DNA from: a virus | Taxonomy: Duplodnaviria > Caudoviricetes | Virus record (IMG/VR): IMGVR_UViG_3300030098_002293 | Span: 1-54,200 of that record | Direction: 5' to 3' (one strand) | DNA: 54,200 nt | In this document: positions 26,728 through 40,000 of the stretch, in pieces | Numbering within the stretch: position 1 is the first letter of the stretch | How the letters are laid out: every line of letters starts with the position of its first letter | The notes under the pieces: model-generated | Database searches by the model: none | Told to the model about the DNA's origin: nothing | The model's input: the letters and a program-made list of their open reading frames with translations, nothing else | Translations under genes and position numbers: made by a program

Positions 26728-28461
26728 TTAGTTTTTCTTTTTCTTCTTTATGTCTTCTATCATCTTATGGAGTGCCCCATACTTAACACCGGCGCTTCCC
26801 TCTCCTTCTATATCTACTCCAGATCCTTCAACTGCGCCTGTAAAGTAATCCGAAATCAACCATTCTTGAAACATATTTAATAATGTTGTGTCTTTTGACA
26901 TAACTCCATTTTCATCTCCCAATGGAGTATATGGCCCTAATTCTCTTAATAAATTTATAGCATCCATTTCCGCCATGTTTGCAAATTGAGGTATGTTTTC
27001 TATTATTAACTTAAGAAAACCAGTGGTATCGGCAAAACCCTCGTGTAGATTACCACCTTTTAAACTATCAAATATAGTAGACATTAAATCTTCCGCGCTC
27101 ATTTTCATCAGCATTCTATTTACCTCAAAAGACAAAGTATTTTGGTATTCTGCTGAGTCATAAACTCCCCCTCTATTAACAAAATCATCAACATGATTAT
27201 ATTTAAAATCTCTTAAAGCAACCCAAGCATCTGATTTTAATTGAGGCCCTTCAACATTTATTTCATTAAGATCTATTTCTGTTCCTCCACCAATTTGACC
27301 TTTATTAAAAAAAGCATCTTCATTTGTTTCCATAAAAGTACTAGTAACAGAATCCATTATTTCATCTCTATTTTCAAGATACAATTTAAAAGCTTTCTCT
27401 GTATCTGGCCCCCATTTACCATCAGCACCGTTTTCTCCAAGTAGCTTTTCATATTCAGGGCCTAATGCTATTAAAGCATTTTGAAGATTTTCTATATAAT
27501 CTTCATGTTCGTAATCTTCTATTTCATAATGTTCCTTTATTTTTTCTATATCAGGCGCGCCTTCTACTCCCGACATTTTTGACATGTTAGTTATCTCTTC
27601 TAGTAATTGTAAAGGACTATAAACGCCATTTACAGTACCAGTAAGAAGATTCATAATCTTTTCGTTTTCTTCTGAAAAATCAGTAGAAATCTCTATTTGA
27701 TTCCCATTTGCGTCTGTTATATATCCATCTCTAATTGACTGTAATATATTGGTAGTTTTACTCCATCCAGACTGATTCAAAAACGCATCCCCTAAATCAT
27801 TAGTCCCAAGAATACCTTGTATACCTGGATTTGTCCATATTACTTTTCCATCAACTATCTTTATATTTTCACCATTACTTTTCATTATATCTTCCCACAT
27901 AGCAATTTGGTCATCATCCATGTTGGCACTCCATTCGTTTCTTAACCCTCTTTTTTCAAGGTTTCGTATTGTTAACAATTTCTGATTGACATCGTTATAA
28001 GATATTATTTGAGACTGCAAGCTTTCTAGTTCATTTCGCAATTCTTTATAACCCTCTTCATTTCCATTCATTTTAGATAACTGACTTATAATGGATTCGC
28101 ATTTAGTATTTATATTAGTTATTTCAGTTGTAAAATCTATATTACCAAATATATCACTATTATCAAATTTTGGTTGAGCTAATACATCTTTGTTATATTT
28201 ATTTATTTCATTAACTTTTTTCATTTCCCAAAGATCAATAACATCATCAAAAATATTTCCAAGATTTTGTTGTCTTTGAAGCATTTTACCCATGCCTTCA
28301 CGTTTATATATAGCGGCTTGTTTCTCTACTATATTACTACCAGTTTCTTTGTATAAACCAGCTAACGCTGCTTCGTCTGTCGCCCCAAAAATAGGATCTA
28401 CTATTGAAAAATCTTTACTACCAAAAAGATCGTCTTTTTTATTATTTGTTTTCTTCGCCAT
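26728..28461 (-). CDS. putative internal virion/ejection protein with peptidoglycan-binding-like motif
   Basis: Position between ejection genes; coiled-coil N-half; LQNALIALG...ADGKWGPDTEKA motif. Confidence 0.6.
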   Translation of the reverse strand: MAKKTNNKKDDLFGSKDFSIVDPIFGATDEAALAGLYKETGSNIVEKQAAIYKREGMGKMLQRQQNLGNIFDDVIDLWEMKKVNEINKYNKDVLAQPKFDNSDIFGNIDFTTEITNINTKCESIISQLSKMNGNEEGYKELRNELESLQSQIISYNDVNQKLLTIRNLEKRGLRNEWSANMDDDQIAMWEDIMKSNGENIKIVDGKVIWTNPGIQGILGTNDLGDAFLNQSGWSKTTNILQSIRDGYITDANGNQIEISTDFSEENEKIMNLLTGTVNGVYSPLQLLEEITNMSKMSGVEGAPDIEKIKEHYEIEDYEHEDYIENLQNALIALGPEYEKLLGENGADGKWGPDTEKAFKLYLENRDEIMDSVTSTFMETNEDAFFNKGQIGGGTEIDLNEINVEGPQLKSDAWVALRDFKYNHVDDFVNRGGVYDSAEYQNTLSFEVNRMLMKMSAEDLMSTIFDSLKGGNLHEGFADTTGFLKLIIENIPQFANMAEMDAINLLRELGPYTPLGDENGVMSKDTTLLNMFQEWLISDYFTGAVEGSGVDIEGEGSAGVKYGALHKMIEDIKKKKKN

Positions 28462-29257
28462 TATTGTCTGATTTTTCGTTGTTGTCTTTGTTGTTGTCTT
28501 TGTTTTTGTCTTTATTAGTTGTAAAACTATCTAATGTCATTTTTCCACCTGAAATTTGTAATCCTTTTAAAAAAGAAGACGCTGAATTACCTAAACCATC
28601 CCAAAGTTGTTTTTGAGCGAGTTGCCTAGCGTCGCTGGCAGCCATATATCTATCCATAGACATAGAGTATAGATTTTGTTGGTGTTGTTGCTCTTGTAAA
28701 AGTTTTTGATATTCACCTTTTCTTCTTAATACATCAGTTTGGTACTCACCTTGTTTCTCTAATTTCTGTAATCTACTAGCCTCTGCCGCTTTAAGTCTAT
28801 TTATAACGGTTTCTTGTTTACCAATAGAAGCTGCAATTTTAGCATTTTGATCTATTGATTTATTAGCTAAAACCTGAGCTAAACTCGCTGCACCACTAGT
28901 ACCAGCAGAACCTTTTAGACTTTGCATTATATTTGCTCTAGATCTAGCCGCTTCTCTTTTCATGAAATTAGCTTCTTTTTGATTAACAGTTAAATCTTCA
29001 TATGTGTTTTGTAAGTTTCTGTAAGGATTTGTTAATCCAGCATATGGATTAGAAAACTCCATGTTGGTGTATTCTTCTTTTGCTAGTTGGTATTCCCTTC
29101 TTGAATTTTCAAATTCATCTTTTCTTGCTCCAGCACCTATAAGAGAACTACCAGCTTGTAACAAGCCTGGTATAGCTAACGCCCAAACAGGAAATGCTTT
29201 TGCTGGTGAAGGTTTCTTATTTTTAAATGGAGATTTATATCCTATTATTTGTTTCAT
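28442..29257 (-). CDS. putative DNA-ejection/pilot protein
   Basis: Gly/Ala hydrophobic N-term (WALAIPGLLQAGSSLIGAG) followed by Q/A/K-rich helices, typical of podovirus ejection proteins. Confidence 0.6.
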   Translation of the reverse strand: MKQIIGYKSPFKNKKPSPAKAFPVWALAIPGLLQAGSSLIGAGARKDEFENSRREYQLAKEEYTNMEFSNPYAGLTNPYRNLQNTYEDLTVNQKEANFMKREAARSRANIMQSLKGSAGTSGAASLAQVLANKSIDQNAKIAASIGKQETVINRLKAAEASRLQKLEKQGEYQTDVLRRKGEYQKLLQEQQHQQNLYSMSMDRYMAASDARQLAQKQLWDGLGNSASSFLKGLQISGGKMTLDSFTTNKDKNKDNNKDNNEKSDNNGEENK

Positions 29258-29313
29258 ATTGTTCTATTTTGTATACTTTATAGTTACAGTTTTTATATTT
29301 TTTTTACTTTAGA

Positions 29314-30606
29314 CTACGTAGAGGACAATACTATGTTTTCTAAATCCAAAGTTATTGTCACATCGTTAACTGGCATTCTAAGAACAGTTATCTTACCTGT
29401 TATTCTAGCTGTATTAGCGCAATTCACAAATGTTAGTATTGTATTATCAGCTAAAGATTGAGCAGAGGTTACAGTTATTACTTTAGTACTATTATTAACT
29501 GTTTCTACATATTGCCTTGTAGTATTATCAAAACCAATGCCTCTCACTTCTACACCATCTTCTTCCATAAGAGATGCCTCGCTAGATCCACCGCCTCGTA
29601 TACCAACCACACTATCCATTGTTATCGATGTGCTAGATGATGTTGCTCCATTAACTGTAGATGTAAAATCTGTAGTTTTAACCTTTAAGTCTTCAAACCT
29701 TATAAGCGCTCCTGCAATATATATTTGAGTTGAAGTTGACTTTTGTTCTGTAAAATTAGCTATATCATTAGGTCCTTGACCTACAAAAATTAAATTCTGT
29801 CCATCTGTATAGTTTTTAGCCGTGTCAAGCGTTATAGTTTTAGTGCTACTATTTATATTTGTTATAGTAGCTATAGAACTAGTTTCGTACGTGTTATGTA
29901 TTTTATCTAGTTTCATCCCAATAATTAAACCACCTAAATCATCAACAACAACTGTTGTGCTACTACTAGCGCTACCATTAATAGTTACAGTTTGCATAAC
30001 TTCAAAATCAGTGTCTAAAGGTTGTCTAGTTACACTTAAAGCGTATGTTTCAGCCACTGCTGGCTGTGCTGTTACTGTCCAATCAATGTCTTTTTTAAGC
30101 GGGGTAGTAGAGGAGCGAAGACCATCTATATGTAAACTAGTTGGCATAGTAGCGTATTGTCCTGATGTTGCTTTTGCTGCTACCGCAAATGTTATTCTTG
30201 TGTTAGTGTATTGATATATCACTTTCTTCATCATACTTGAAGGTGCTCCTGTTGTTAAAGCGTAATCTATAGTATCATCTTCTTTTAAAACCTTGTTATA
30301 AGGCATGTGCTCTGTACCTTTTTCTGCTATTAAAAATATATCATAATGATCGCTATCTGTGACTGTAGGAAAAACTATACTACCACTAATAACTCCAGAA
30401 CTAGGTATTTCTACTCTTTCAAGTCTTTTATAAGTAGTTGTAAATGTTTCAGTATCAAAATTATAATACTTTTTTGGAGAATCTTCGTTATTAATAAAAA
30501 GAGTAAACATAGCCCCTGGATTACCTGTTATAGTAAACGCTCTACGTGTCTCAGATACTGGAAGATTTGAAACATCTATTTTAAAGTTTTTTATTTTTAA
30601 CGACAT
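29314..30606 (-). CDS. tail-associated beta-rich protein with internal duplicated domain
   Basis: T/S/V-rich; two copies of T.T(I/V)NG..SSST.....D..G and STK.IT...A....D...L.F. Confidence 0.6.
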   Translation of the reverse strand: MSLKIKNFKIDVSNLPVSETRRAFTITGNPGAMFTLFINNEDSPKKYYNFDTETFTTTYKRLERVEIPSSGVISGSIVFPTVTDSDHYDIFLIAEKGTEHMPYNKVLKEDDTIDYALTTGAPSSMMKKVIYQYTNTRITFAVAAKATSGQYATMPTSLHIDGLRSSTTPLKKDIDWTVTAQPAVAETYALSVTRQPLDTDFEVMQTVTINGSASSSTTVVVDDLGGLIIGMKLDKIHNTYETSSIATITNINSSTKTITLDTAKNYTDGQNLIFVGQGPNDIANFTEQKSTSTQIYIAGALIRFEDLKVKTTDFTSTVNGATSSSTSITMDSVVGIRGGGSSEASLMEEDGVEVRGIGFDNTTRQYVETVNNSTKVITVTSAQSLADNTILTFVNCANTARITGKITVLRMPVNDVTITLDLENIVLSST

Positions 30607-30608
30607 AA

Positions 30609-31004
30609 TTATTTACTACTTATTTGTATTTTAGATCCAACGGAAAATAACTCCGCTTTTTCTTTTGAATTGTTTTGAAATCTAGCTTTCGCATAATACC
30701 CAACTAAACCAGACATGTTAGTTTGGTTCTTTTTGCCAAACATTATATAAGCTCCATTTGGTGGATGAGTTATCGTAACGTTACTTGGAAAGTCAATAGT
30801 TATACTACTAGGAGAGCTATATGATATACTAGATATAGCGTATGGCACAGGAGGTGATACTGTATGATCTCCTACGACACTTATATTGCTTGAATTAGCT
30901 TGTAAAAACTCACCAACTGTACTAGGTTCTATATAATAAACAAAATCACCTACTTGAGCTGATGTGTTTATTTCTTCTGAAAAATTTATTTCTATTGATG
31001 GCAT
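30609..31004 (-). CDS. tail-associated protein (131 aa)
   Basis: INTSAQVGD and SGLVGYYA..F.N.S..KAELFSV motifs; adjacent to the nozzle gene. Confidence 0.58.
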   Translation of the reverse strand: MPSIEINFSEEINTSAQVGDFVYYIEPSTVGEFLQANSSNISVVGDHTVSPPVPYAISSISYSSPSSITIDFPSNVTITHPPNGAYIMFGKKNQTNMSGLVGYYAKARFQNNSKEKAELFSVGSKIQISSK

Positions 31005-31015
31005 ATTTTTTTATT

Positions 31016-34000
31016 TTATCCTGCTGGAATTTCTATTGTAAATGTTTTCTGACAAGTTCTAGTATTAGTGTTACCAGTTAAATCTGTGTATTCTTTACTC
31101 CAAGTCCAAGTGAACTCATAAATACCACAATCAAGAGCTGTATCAGAATAATTCATTGTTTGCGAAACGCTATTAGGTCCTGCTATTGGGTCGTTATACC
31201 AGTGGTCTTGATTATAACCAGATGTTGCTGCATTACCTGATGCACCTGTTATTTCTAGATGTATAACTGATTGATTAAAGTAATTGAAATCTGCGCCAAA
31301 GTCAAACGTAACATTATACGCCCCGTCACCACTACCCGCACCTGCGGTACAAGTATTATCTGCGTTGATACCGTTACCAAGAACTGGTGTACTAGAGAAA
31401 GACATTGTATGATCGCTACATTTTAAGCAAACGTTAGTTGTGTCAGACGCAGAGTTTTGAGGGTTATTAACTGCTGAATCATAATTCCAAGCACCAGTTG
31501 ACTGACCAAGCGTTATGTAATCTTTATCATTCTCATCGACGCTAGTATTGTCCATACACCCATAAACATCTACCATTACGCTAAGATTTCTACTGTCACA
31601 AGCAGGTATAAAATTAGGTGATTGAGTATTGTTGAGTTTTAAATTAACAATAAGATCGTTTTGGAAGAAATTATTTTCTTCATAACTCGCTCCGGTTCCA
31701 TTGCTTGCGAACGCAGGTGATAAACCAAATGTTTGAGGCATTACACTAGAACCACTTTGCCAAGCACTCCATAACCAAGCTGCAGAAGGAGGTGTTAAAT
31801 CTTGACCTGGATGATTTGGATGGGATGGGTGATTAGCAGGTACGCTAGCTTTAACTACGTAGCCTTGACCAGCTATTCCATTATTTAAATAAGGCACGGT
31901 TACTTCAGGGTCACAATGCGCACCAACAACACCATTACAACCACCTGGTGTAAAACCAGAACCTATTACATTGTTCATGTTTACGTTTGAAGATGCGTAA
32001 ATAGAAGCGTGTTGTGATACGTAAGCAAGACCACTTAAGCTTACACCATCGCAACTTATACAACTTCCATCATCTACAGTTGCTAAAGGATCGTAGTTTT
32101 GAGCATTAGGATCAGTACATCCATTAACAGGATAAATACAAGACCCATCGTCTACATTCGCATTAGGATCATAATTTGTAGCTGTAGAATCCGTACACCC
32201 GTATGTATCTTCTGTTATCGTCCAAGTTGAACTATCAACACATCCATTTATATTAGTTACAACAACTGTATAATCTCCAGGAGGAAGATTGTCAATCACG
32301 TGGCTAGTTGGATTTGCGATATTAACCGTACCTGATTGAGAGTCTACACCTGTCCAAGAAAAACTATTATTTGAACCAGGGTTAACATGTAATTTACCAT
32401 TTAACAAACTATATGTTGTACTTAATTGACTAGCGCCAGTATTTAAACTATAATTAGGTATTGGATTTCCAAACGAGTCAAAACAAGAGGCACAACAATC
32501 ATCCCAACCAGGGAGAGTAGTACCTATAGCTGTTCCATCGCAATTGTGGGTGAAACTAGAACTATATGCACTATTATTAGGATCCGTACATCCCCAATAT
32601 TCACAGCTACCATCGTCTTGATTAGCTAATGGATCGTAGTTGCTTGCTGTTGGATCTGTACAACCATCATATAAACAACTACCATCGTCTTGATTAGCTA
32701 ATGGATCATAGTTTGCAGCGGCTGGATCTGTACAACCAGAAGTATATACACAACTACCATCATCAGTAGTTGCTAAGTAAGTAAGACCATCTACAGGGTG
32801 TGTAAATGTAGTTACTCCATTGTTAGATAATGGATCTGTACAACCAGAGTACGTACATGAACCATCATCATTAGTTGCTATAGCGCTAAAGTTATTTGCA
32901 GCTGGATCCATACACCCGTCAGCATCTAAACCGACGTTAACAGAATATGTTTCTGTACATCCGTTTGCAGTAGTCGCTGTAATTGTATAAGGAGAGTTTG
33001 CTGAATTAGCATTAACCCAAGTGTAATCATCCCAATTACCAAAACCACCATGAGCAGGATTCAAAGACAGTGTCCAAGGATTATCTTGGTTTGTTTGATT
33101 AGGCACGAAGTTTATTTGACCATTACCTGAAGAAGGGCTAGAGTTTGTGTCATTTATAACTGTTATTACAGCAGTCATATCTAAATTAGAACAAATAACA
33201 CAACTTCCATCATCTACATTTGCATTTGGATCGTAATTTGTAGCCGTTGGGTCAGTACAACCAGGGATAGACGTTATACAAGTTCCATCGTCGCAAGTGG
33301 CAGAAGGATCGTAATTAGTAGCTAATGGATCGGTACATCCATATACACAATAAGTACAACAACTATAATCAGTTCCACCTAAAACACCACTACAATCATG
33401 AGTAAATATTGGGTCATAATCAATTGCCGTTTGGTCCATACATCCAGTAACCGTTGATATTAATGTAGCGCAAGTACCATTATCACAAGTAGCAAGTGGA
33501 TTATACTCTGCGTAATTACTATCAGTACATCCATAGACACAATATACGCAGCTTCCATCGTCAGTATTAGCAGTTGAGTTATAATTAAGAGCGGTAGCAT
33601 CAATACATCCATAAATAAATGGAACACAAGAGCCATCTAGTGTGTTTGCGGTAGGATCATAATTAGACATAGTAGGATCTGTGCATCCATATATAAATGC
33701 CACACAAGATCCATCATCTACTGTTGCGCTAGGATTATAATTGAACATGGTAGGGTCTGTACAGCCAGTATGTATACAAGATCCGTCATCTACATTAGCC
33801 ACTGAGTTATAATTACTAGCAGTACTATCCATACATCCAGGCACGGTATCTATACAACAAGCCGCGCAAGCTACATTAGCCATCGGATTAAAGTTAAATG
33901 CGTTTGCATCCATACACCCAACTACATCTCCAACTACAGAACTAATACCTATACCAATACCTTGAAAAGAAAACTCTTCTGGATCTATAATGTTTTCGTT

Positions 34001-37000
34001 TTTAGGTTTCCCTATTATATAATTAAACCACTTTCCTTCTTTTTCTATAAATTCTTTTACACTTCCCTCTTGTTGGTCTGTGACGATGTTTTGAACATAC
34101 CAACCTTTAACATTGTCTTGTAAATTATAAAACTCACCGTCTCCGATGTCAAAAGTATTACCAGCTGAATCTTGAAAACCGCTTTCTATTGTAAATTTAT
34201 CAATCTTAGATTGACTACCTTCATATGATAGTGTTTTATAAGATTTAATAACGCTAGGATTACCATTGAAAATAGGTTCAACATAAGACTCATAAGAATC
34301 AACCCCATAAAAAACGTTGTAGTTTTTAGCGTTTTCTTCATCAACATCAACCCAATTAACACCATTGTACTGCAGTGGCATATGATGTTTATAAAGCTGA
34401 CCTTTATCAAAAGTATAATAATCACCACCTAAACTTATTCCATTTTCTGGTATAAATGATTTAAAACTAACCCAGCCACTCACAGCCTCAGAATAACTAA
34501 TAGTTTTTGTTGTTTCTGGATTATCAGTTTTTATAGTTAAATTATATTCTAACTTATCATCGTCATAACTACCAAGAATAGTATTTCCTAATTTTAAATT
34601 ATCATTAAACCAATCGTTCATACCTGAATCTGATATAGGTGTTAAACCATCTTTTGATAATCTTAAAACTGACCCTCTTTTCTTATCTGTAAAATAAGCT
34701 CTATAAGACTCTGAAGCAAATGATTCTGGATTTTTTCCTATACCAAAATCACCAATAAAAGGTTGTGCGTCACCTAAAACTGTTTCAGGTGTATTACCCA
34801 TATGATCTACAAACTTAACATTATATAACTTATCTTTATCTGATGTTATTCTTACAACTCTATCTTCACAAAAAGTAACTAAACTAGTTCTTCTTGTGAA
34901 TAGTTTTTGTATACTTCCATAAGTAGGATTTATATCTTTTGTAATTTTTTCTGCAGATCTAAATTGATTTAAATCGTTAACACCACTTTGAGAATTATAT
35001 AAGCCAGAGTATATTATACCGTATTTTCTATTTTCAGCCTCATAAGGAAGTATACTTGTAGTAGAAGCTCTAGGTCCATTATCTATAATAACTTGATTAA
35101 AATCGTCTCTAACTCTATTTGACTCAACTCCATTTCCAAAAGAAAAACAGTTATACCAATTTAACGTTCTACTTCCATTATAAAAATTAGGATCTATATT
35201 TATAATAGCTATACCTTGAAATTGTCCTGTTTGACTACCTTCAACAGCAACTGTTATATACTCGTTTCCATTCCAAAACTTTAATAAAGCATTGTCATTA
35301 AGAGTTAAATTATTTGATGCGTTAGCGTTAGCTAACATTATTCTACCACCATGTATATTGGTTAAAATAACATCAAGTTCTTGACCAAATGTATTAGAAC
35401 TAGAGTTAGTATCAAATGCCGCGTCTAAATCACCACCATAAATACATTCAACAGTAGATCCAAGTGGCAAAACTTGTTCGTTCCAGTCTAAATCCATAGT
35501 TATAGGTATAACGTTACTAGCTTCGTAATATAAATCTATATCAGTACTAGGTTTTGGTTCTGTTTCCCATATTACAGGATTTAATATTTTTTCTTTATTT
35601 TCGTTTGGTTCTATATCTAAAAACTCAATCGTTGTGGGTGTATCATGATCTGCGCCTCCATCATTTTTTGGATGCCAACCTACTGGTTTGTCTAAAAACA
35701 ACACGCAAGTCCATCTAGTTTGAGCGAATAAAGGATTTATAATTTGATCAGCAGGATCGTTTAAGACAATACCCTGTGATCCAAATCCCACTTCATTAAT
35801 TACTCCAGGGATTCCACTATCCCATTGCCAAGCATCACCACTCCAATCCTCTATAGCTTCTAATCCTCCATGCTCCCATCTTCCTACTTTACCATTATCC
35901 GCGTTAACAAAATTATATATTTGATATTGTTTATGACTTGTTTTAGTATATATAGTCCCATTTGGGTCACTAGTAAACTTAAATCTTTGACCTGGTGTTA
36001 ACAACTTAGTTACTATATCGTTTTCTGAACTAGTGAACGCGTTAGCCATATCTCCGACCATAAACGCTTGATTCCATCCTGGATTATCGTTATGATCAGT
36101 TAAACCATGCCGCATTGCGTTTGCTTCTCCAAAACTATTAATTTTTACTGAAGCCATTTCATTTGGTATACCAATATATGATATAGTAATAGCGCCATGC
36201 GAACCTGGTGGTAAAGTGAAGGTATGATCAACCCCTCCAAAATGTTTTAAGTACTCGTCGTTTTGTTTTATTTCTGTAGCAGAAACATTCCCATTAACAG
36301 GATCACCAAAAATATTATCAGTTGGTATATCAATCATATTTACTGTAGAAGGCGCCATACTACCAACTAAAGGATGGCTCCACGCCATGTGCGGTTCATT
36401 AGGCCCATCTGTTCCGCCATCATAATCAGTTCCGGATGGTTGGTAAGCCTCAAAAGGTAACGCATCAATAAACCACTTAGGACCTTCATAATCTGCGACG
36501 TTATTCACTGTGCTAGGTGCCCATCCTAAAGGGCTGGCATTTTCTACATCTCCAAAGTATCTTGACCATCTTCTATAACAATCTAAATAATCCCACCAGT
36601 TTCCTTCATCCGATTGATGTAAAAATCCACTTTGCCAAGCTGTTCTTAACCATTTAGTATTATCACCAGCGTCTATATTTAAAGTATCAAAATAATAAAG
36701 TGATTGACTAACTGAAGTATATAGATTAGAACTTAGATCAAAATCAACAACATGAGTTAACAAGTTAGAATCCTTAAGTACTTTTACAAAAAATCTTCCT
36801 TCATACTCTGCTCTTTCTCTATATTCATCTAAACTAATTTCACAAGCGACATCATCTTTTATTGTGGTAGTTGCACCAGACGTGTCCTCCATAAATATCA
36901 CGTCATCTCCAAATGGAAATTCTACTGATATTCTAAAATCATTACCTTGGCTGTCACCACCCGCGAGTGAAGGGTTGATTGCTGCAACACGGGTGACTTT

Positions 37001-40000
37001 ATACGTTTTACTTGTTTGTATGCTATCATAAAATCTAACTGTTAAAGGTTTGGTTATATCATAAAGCTCATCAATAGACGTACCGGCGGCAAGTGCACCA
37101 TTGACGTCAAAATGTAGTTTGTTTTGCGTTGGGAGATTATTATCATCAATAAAAAAATCATTACTAGTAGCATTATGTACTTCGGTATTTAATGGGATTC
37201 TTTTTCTTTTAACAAATTCTGGGGCTTCATTTTCTATAGCTAAAACTTTATATTTAGCATCTTCTTTAATGTGCTCTTCAAAACTACCTTTCTTTAACTC
37301 TATCCAATCCCCTTCTTCTAACTTACTTCTATCATTAGAATAAAAACTTAACCACATGTTATCTTCAAATCCACTTTCATCATCATAATATCTATCCATA
37401 GCTAAGTTATAATATTCAGTGGATGATTCTTTTACGTAAAATTTATATGCTTTAGCAAATGCTGGTGGTTGACCTTTTAATTGAACAGCTAATCTATTAA
37501 CTTTATTAGACGTTTCCTTTTTTATTTTTAATGTACCAGATTGATCTGTTAATATAGGAGTTTCTCTACCATAATCATCAAAATAACTCACTCCAACTTG
37601 GTACTCTCTCTGTGTTTTAACAGATTTTTTATCATTTAGAGTACTAGAATAAGTTTTAAGAGAAACATTAAATTCTGGTTTAAAATCAGTACCATCTTCT
37701 CTTGTTAAATCATAGTTTTGCCAATAATTACCATAAACTAATCTATTCGCTGTGATTTCTTGTGCTAAAGCTTTGGTTGGTACATTATCCCAAGGTCTTA
37801 ATAATTGATTTTCAGGTAGAGTAGCATGTATCATTTCAGATGTGATCTCATATTTACCCTTTGTAATTCCACTACCACTCACCCCATACCAAGTTTCGTT
37901 CCAATAGTTTCTATTTTTATTGCTTGGAATTGGATCTTTTGGTTTTATACTATCTACCAAATATATGTTTGAAGCGTCTGATTCTTTATATAATATATCT
38001 ACTTGAACGACGTCATCAGGAATATTTCTAGGAATTAAGTTTTTTAGCGTTATTTTTGTAGCTGTATTTTCCATTCCCACATTAAAACCTTCGTGCGGTC
38101 TATATCTAAATTCACTAGGAACAAAAGCAACTTCTGAGAAAGGACTAAATACAGAATATTCACCATCTTCATATTTATATCTAGTTGCGAATCTTGGAAA
38201 TTTTAATTTAAATAATCTTTCGGAGTGCGCTAAATCCTGCATAACGTCAAACTGTTGTGCTCCAGCAGCTATAGTTGATTTTATAGATAAAATTTTTACA
38301 CTCCATTCATTACTGACAGATGATATTAAACTCTCTAATTCAGCTTTTACTTTCCAATTATCGGGTAACGGGCTAATCGCACTAGCACTTTGAAACAAAA
38401 CAATATCACCAGGTTCAAACACCGCATTGTTTATAGGATTAATTGTAATATTTGTTGTTTGCTCAGGTAATAAAGGTATACCAGCGGATGGCACTAAAAA
38501 AGCATCTGTAATTGTAGTTACACCTTCTTTAGGTCTTTCAGTTTCAATATCTAATAAAGGTGCGTTTGTTGGTCCTTTTCTAATAACTGTTATATGTTGC
38601 TCTTCTACAGGAACTGCTTCACCTATAATACCTATATCTCTAGCGTCGTTTACTAAATGAGTATGGTGTAAACCATCTTTATCCGTACCACGAATAGATC
38701 TTTCTATATTTATTTTTTTAGGTTCAGAATGATTATCTGTCCAAAAAAGCATATCATCTATTATATTTATACCTGTGATTAATCTATCTTTATGAAAATT
38801 TAAAACTTTATTGCTTTTAAATACTAAGTAATCAACTTGAGGATAAGATACAGCTGTGTTACCTTGTTGGAAACTTTTTGTTAAAATAACTTTTTCAAGC
38901 AGTCCACTTCCGTATACATTTAAAACGCCTCCTGATGTGTTAGTTACAGGGGCTGGCGAGCCATCTGGAAATACTATTGTTATATAACTTTCTGTACTTG
39001 ACGTTGTTTCATCTATAGAGTGTATTGAGGCATTTTGCGGTATTCCAGATCCAACAATAAACATGCCAACTTGCATGCCAAGACTAGTAGGTGTATTACC
39101 CCATTGTGCTCCGGGTATAGTTAAAACGTTATTTAATACTTGTTGTGGTACAGTTGATCCAGGATTTGTAAAATTAACTTGTATATTCCAAGGGTGTGGA
39201 CCTACGGCTATAGCTGATTGATTTAATTCGACCTCTATAACGGAGTTAAATGTTCCTGGTTGTCCAGAATAACTTGATGGGTAGGTTATGTTTACTACTT
39301 CAGTACCAACATTAATATAAGATCCAGTAACAACGTTACCTATACCTAAGGTTTGGCCAGGAAATGGGGCGTCTATTAATAAAGTTGGGGGAGATGATGG
39401 GCCGAAACTTCCAGTAGGACCAGGAATTGGTATAGCCTTAATTTGAGCTGAAAATGGATTATTAGGATTTGCTGATGGATTAAGAACTTGAACAGTGTCA
39501 TAATTAGGTGTCCAGCCAACATTACTCGCCGCTATCTCACCAAAGTCCTCAACAATACCTGTAAATTCTTCTACAAAACCAGTACCATTATCTGTATAAC
39601 CAGTAACAGTCGTTCCTTTACCTATGTTGTCTATACTAGATACAGCTAAAGAATTATGTGTATTACCAGACTCATTTGATATAAAAACCGTATTTATATC
39701 CACAAAGACAGGTGTTATATCACCATCTTTGTATTTAAGTATCATGTCTTTTTCGTAAAATGGAACTGTTTGAAGAATTTGAGGCTCGCCATTTAAATAA
39801 TGTAATTCTTGAAATTTATCACCAGTTGCAAACCAATATAAAGAATCGTTAGCTTCGTCAGAAATAGAACCCACACAAACTGCGTTTGAAGGAAGAAATG
39901 TTGCGGGTGAAGCGGTAACAGGGTATGTGTTTATAAGTTTATTACCTAATATATTTTGTACGGTACCAACGTTAGAATCTTCTGAAGTTGATACATCTAT

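Noticed and set aside
28470-28515. NKD(N/K) microrepeat at the end of the 271-aa gene
   Set aside because: Low-complexity slippage in a disordered tail; no sign of function.
31450-33925. Repeat array as CRISPR or DGR template/variable repeats
   Set aside because: Repeats are in-frame, degenerate at synonymous positions and not adenine-specific. No cas or reverse transcriptase gene is in the window.
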